Source of the DNA: Ptychomitrium polyphyllum
Taxonomy: Eukaryota
Assembly (NCBI GenBank): GCA_973851085.1
Contig: OZ316776.1
Coordinates: 8,680,001 to 8,744,000, forward strand
Direction: 5' to 3'
Length of the DNA stretch: 64,000 nucleotides
The notes beneath the pieces were generated by a model. That model did no database searches. It saw only the letters and a program-made list of their open reading frames with translations, and had not been told where the DNA came from. The first letter of the stretch is position 1. Every line of letters begins with the position of its first letter. Shown here in pieces: positions 60,001 through 64,000 of this stretch. A program made the position numbers and the translations under genes.

Positions 60001-61989
60001 AAATTCAAATAGAAAATCATGGCTTATATAAAAATATTATGAAATTGATAGTAATATAACCAAAAAGATTCTAGAAAAGCTCAAAATGTATTAATATAAA
60101 TTCAATATATTATCAATCTAATACAACACACCTCAAAAAAAACCTCATTCCTTTAGATTTTTAATTAAATATTTCAAGAGCAATTAGCACTTTATAGAAT
60201 TTTTCTAAAGATTACAAATTTTTGTAGAATAATTAGATAATTGAGTCTTGTAGAACATGCATAAATGCATTTTAAACATTTTATTTTTCTATTGTAAATT
60301 GAATATATTAAATTTTGAAATAAATAAAAATACCTTATTTTTTAATTCAAATCATTTTATAAATGTTTGACAATTTTTTTTTAAAAAATGCTAATAAAAA
60401 AATATATCATACTTAAAATACAAATTTGGCTAAAATGATTTATTTTATAATAACAAATAAATATGTCATTATTTTATAGGTTTTTATTTTTAATAAATTA
60501 ATATGATGCCTTGATATCATTATAATCTAGGCAATGGCATGTTTAAACCACCTTCTAATTATCAATAGAAGTTAATTCAAAATTATTTGATTTGATAGAC
60601 AATTATAAAAATTAAATTCCTTAAACGTCTCAAATTTTCAAAAGTTATGCCTACATAATGTCTGTTTGGTTATTAAAGATATTAAGTTACGAAGAGGGCT
60701 TGAGACAATTCCAAACTATAAGTGCTTCCATTGCTAATGTATATCTAAAATAAAATTGAAGTAATACATTGTACTTGTAAGGCAAATTTGGCATTGTCTA
60801 ATTATTTCTTTTAAGAAAGTGTCTAAGTTTCATCTTCAATTAGTTTGCATCTTTTCAAAACATGATTTGTTTTTAACAGCTATTGTTGGTTTGGCTTTGA
60901 AGTGCCAAAGTTGCTCCTTCCATGAAGATGGTGTTAACACAAAATCATTCATTTTCATAGATAACATCAAATTGAATGTTTATAGATGTTTTAGATTTTG
61001 AAGAATTACATTTGTAATGTTTTTGGAATTTTAAGAAATGTTTACAATGTAAAAGAAACAAATACAAAGCACCAAGCGTGCACAAATGGATGGGTGTAAA
61101 TGTGCAAAAGGAGTGTTTGTAGTATAAAGACGTTTTAATATAAAGTGTATACTATATGAGAAGATATGAATGGAAGTTGATTAAATCTTGGAAAGGTACA
61201 TAGGCAATGTTTGAAATGGTTTTAAGAAGTTCATATTTGAAAAGCTAATATAGAAAGTATTCTTTATTTTGGAAAGACAAGTTTACATTAGGTTTTCACT
61301 TAAGCTCCTTTGGCAATGGCAATTTAAGTCTTTGGATGTGTACAATCTATCATACAAAATATTTTTGGAATGTAAAGAACAAATGTTTTAAAGCATAATT
61401 TTAGATAAGTAAGTATGAATATGTTAAAAAATGTTTGTAAATGTGAAAATAATTAACTATGGATTAAAGAACATATAATAAAAAGAACACAAATGAAAAG
61501 TTGATGGAATTTTTAAATAGTCATATAGTAAAAATTTGTAGTGGTTAAAAAAATTATGTTTTGAAAAGGGAGTGTTGATTGATTTGTTTTTTTGATAAAA
61601 CAATGTTGGTTAGTCTTTTATTTCATTCTTCTAAGAACAAGCATAATAAATAGACATCAAATTTTTAATACCATTTATTAAAATTGTTTAAAATTGTTAA
61701 ATTGTAGTGTTCATTTACTTAAATTTGGATGTAAGTATTGTTTCAATGTAACCAATAGCTCATTCATCCATTTTATCAATAGGCATTTTTACAAAAAGCT
61801 TTTCGTTTGAATTTTTTTTAATTGTTGGATCTTCAAAGGTCACTAGCAATATATGTTTTTTGACAATAGTGACTTCAAATTGTGACTTCCACAATGATTC
61901 CATCAATTCTACATAAAATTTGAAGAATTGTATTGATAGATCTCAAAATATAGTGGGGAATAAGTCCATTTTATAGATTCAAAAGAATC

Positions 61990-64000
61990 ATGTCTTGTGG
62001 TTCATTAAAGAAAGAAGCATGGGAGGCTTTGAGGAAAGCGGTAATGTATCACCGTGGAAAGCCTATTGGCACCATTGCTGCAACAACATTGGATCCATTA
62101 GAAGATGCACTCAACTACAATCAGGTTTACATAACAATATACAAATCAATAAGTATTTTTCTGCGTTTCATTTCTTACTTGTAAATGCAAGCATTCTTTT
62201 AAATGATTATATAGATATTATAAAAATGTTATCTTGAACACTAAACTTTAAGGAAATTTTAAAACGGTACTCAAAAAGATGTACTCTTGTTTATATTGTT
62301 TATATAATAAGTTCATATTCTAGCAAACATGTCCCAAAAAGATTTCTACCACATAGTAAAATTCATATGTTTGTTAATGCAATGCTAGCATTTAATGTAT
62401 CACAGGTTTTTATGAGAGACTTTTTTTCTGCTGGAATTTCATTTCTTATAGCTGGAGAACCTGAAATGGTGAAGAATTTCCTTTTGATGGCTGTACAATT
62501 GCAAGGAAATGAGAAACAAGTGGATTGTTTTACTTTGGGAGAAGGTGTTATGCCTGCTAGTTTTAAGGTACATCAATGTAAATAAAACAGCGATTATGAT
62601 TTTATTTAATTTTATAAGTCATAATATCAAAGTAAGGCAATATGAAAGCTATTCCAATATTTAGATTGAAAGGGATAGTTCAAATTCAAATAAAATTGTA
62701 ATTTTGAACAGGTTACAGTAGATCCCAAGACCAAAAGTGAAACTGTAGAAGCTGATTTTGGTGAAGCTGCAATTGCAAGGGTTGCTCCTGTAGACTCTGG
62801 TTTTTGGTGGATTGTTCTTCTTCGAGCATATACCCATTCTACTGGAGACCACTCAGTTGCAAACAGTCCTCAGTGTCAATTGGGAATAATCCGTTGTTTG
62901 AATCTTTGTCTGAAAGATGGTTTTGATACATTTCCAACATTACTTTGTGCTGATGGATGTTCTATGATTGATCGACGTATGGTACGTTCATCCTAGTTGT
63001 AAAGCTTTCATTTTAACAAAACGAAGTAGAAGCTTTGAAGTGATTAATAGTAACTGTACAATGTTATCAATCAAATCCAAATGATAATTACAGGGCATTT
63101 ATGGATATCCTCTTGACATTCAATCCCTTTTCTACATGGCGCTTCGATGCGGTAAAGAATTGTTAAGGCGAGAAGGAGATGTGATGGAATTTGTAGAGCG
63201 CATTGATAAGCGTTTACATGCACTCACCTTCCATATGCGCCAATATTTTTGGCTAGATCACAGGCAACTCAACAACATCTATCGCTATAAAACAGAAGAA
63301 TATTCTTTTACTGCTGTGAATAAGTTCAACATCATGCCTGATTCTCTTCCAGATTGGATATTTGATTTCATGCCAAGTAAAGGTGGTTACATGGTAGGAA
63401 ATGTTTCACCTGCTTTTATGGACTTTAGATGGTTTACAATAGGCAATTTTTTAGCTATTACATCTTCTTTGGCAACCCCTCAACAATCTCAAGCTATAAT
63501 GGACTTAATAGAAGAACGCTGGGATGAAATTATTGGAGAAATGCCTGTAAAATGTGCATATCCAGCTTTAGAGGGGGAGGAGTGGCGTATTGTTACTGGA
63601 TGTGATCCCAAGAACACAAGATGGAGCTATCACAATGGTGGCTCTTGGCCTGGTATATAATCATGTCAAATTAAGGTTTTCACATGTTTTTTGGTTTTTA
63701 CACAATGCCTTAGACTGCTTCAATGATCTATTATTAAGTTGTGGAAACCAAATAAGATAGTTCACCAAGCTTATAAACAAGAACTTATTTTACGTCCACC
63801 ATATTCAAATTTAGGATGTTTCTAATATTGTATTTGTTCGTGCAGTATTTTTGTGGTTTTTAACAGCAGCAGCAATTAAAGCGGGAAGGCCACAAATCGC
63901 TCGTAGAGCAATTGAAGTTGCTGAACGAAGGCTTTATGAAGACGATTGGCCTGAATACTACGATGGAAAATTAGGACGTACCATTGGCAAGCAAGCTCGT
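61990..64000 (+). CDS. CINV: Alkaline/neutral invertase (GH100), probably cytosolic type, 3'-partial. Exons 61990-62124, 62406-62567, 62712-62981, 63094-63652, 63846->64000; true start uncertain
   Basis: [99 protein letters not shown] junctions in phase. Confidence 0.96.

Overview
Nuclear DNA of a land plant: GT-AG introns, plant gene families and a plant-type snRNA promoter. A non-seed plant, probably a bryophyte, is my inference only. Gene islands of moderate GC alternate with very AT-rich, CG-poor blocks (~9.9-19.3, 36-41, 47.3-49.9 and 57.4-62 kb). Apparently intact genes: 3' part of N-acetylglutamate synthase, a long ZCF37-like membrane protein, RPL29, a U1 snRNA with USE/TATA promoter, an orphan 130-aa ORF, an At4g38225-like plastid protein, RPL31, an 11-exon LRR receptor kinase, two S-protein homologue (SPH) genes and the 5' part of an alkaline/neutral invertase. 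Four pseudogenes: an F-box, an NB-ARC-LRR (NLR) carrying a solo LTR with a 5-bp TSD, a third SPH copy and a DUF674 gene; many of their lesions are C:G>T:A changes. Best leads: the SPH array with shifting cysteine patterns ~5 kb from the LRR-RLK, a miRNA-like hairpin at 32.1-32.25 kb, a recursive-splice-like site in RPL29, a U1 with a non-canonical 5' end, and the directional mutation signature. All family assignments come from manual translation and remembered motifs, not database searches.
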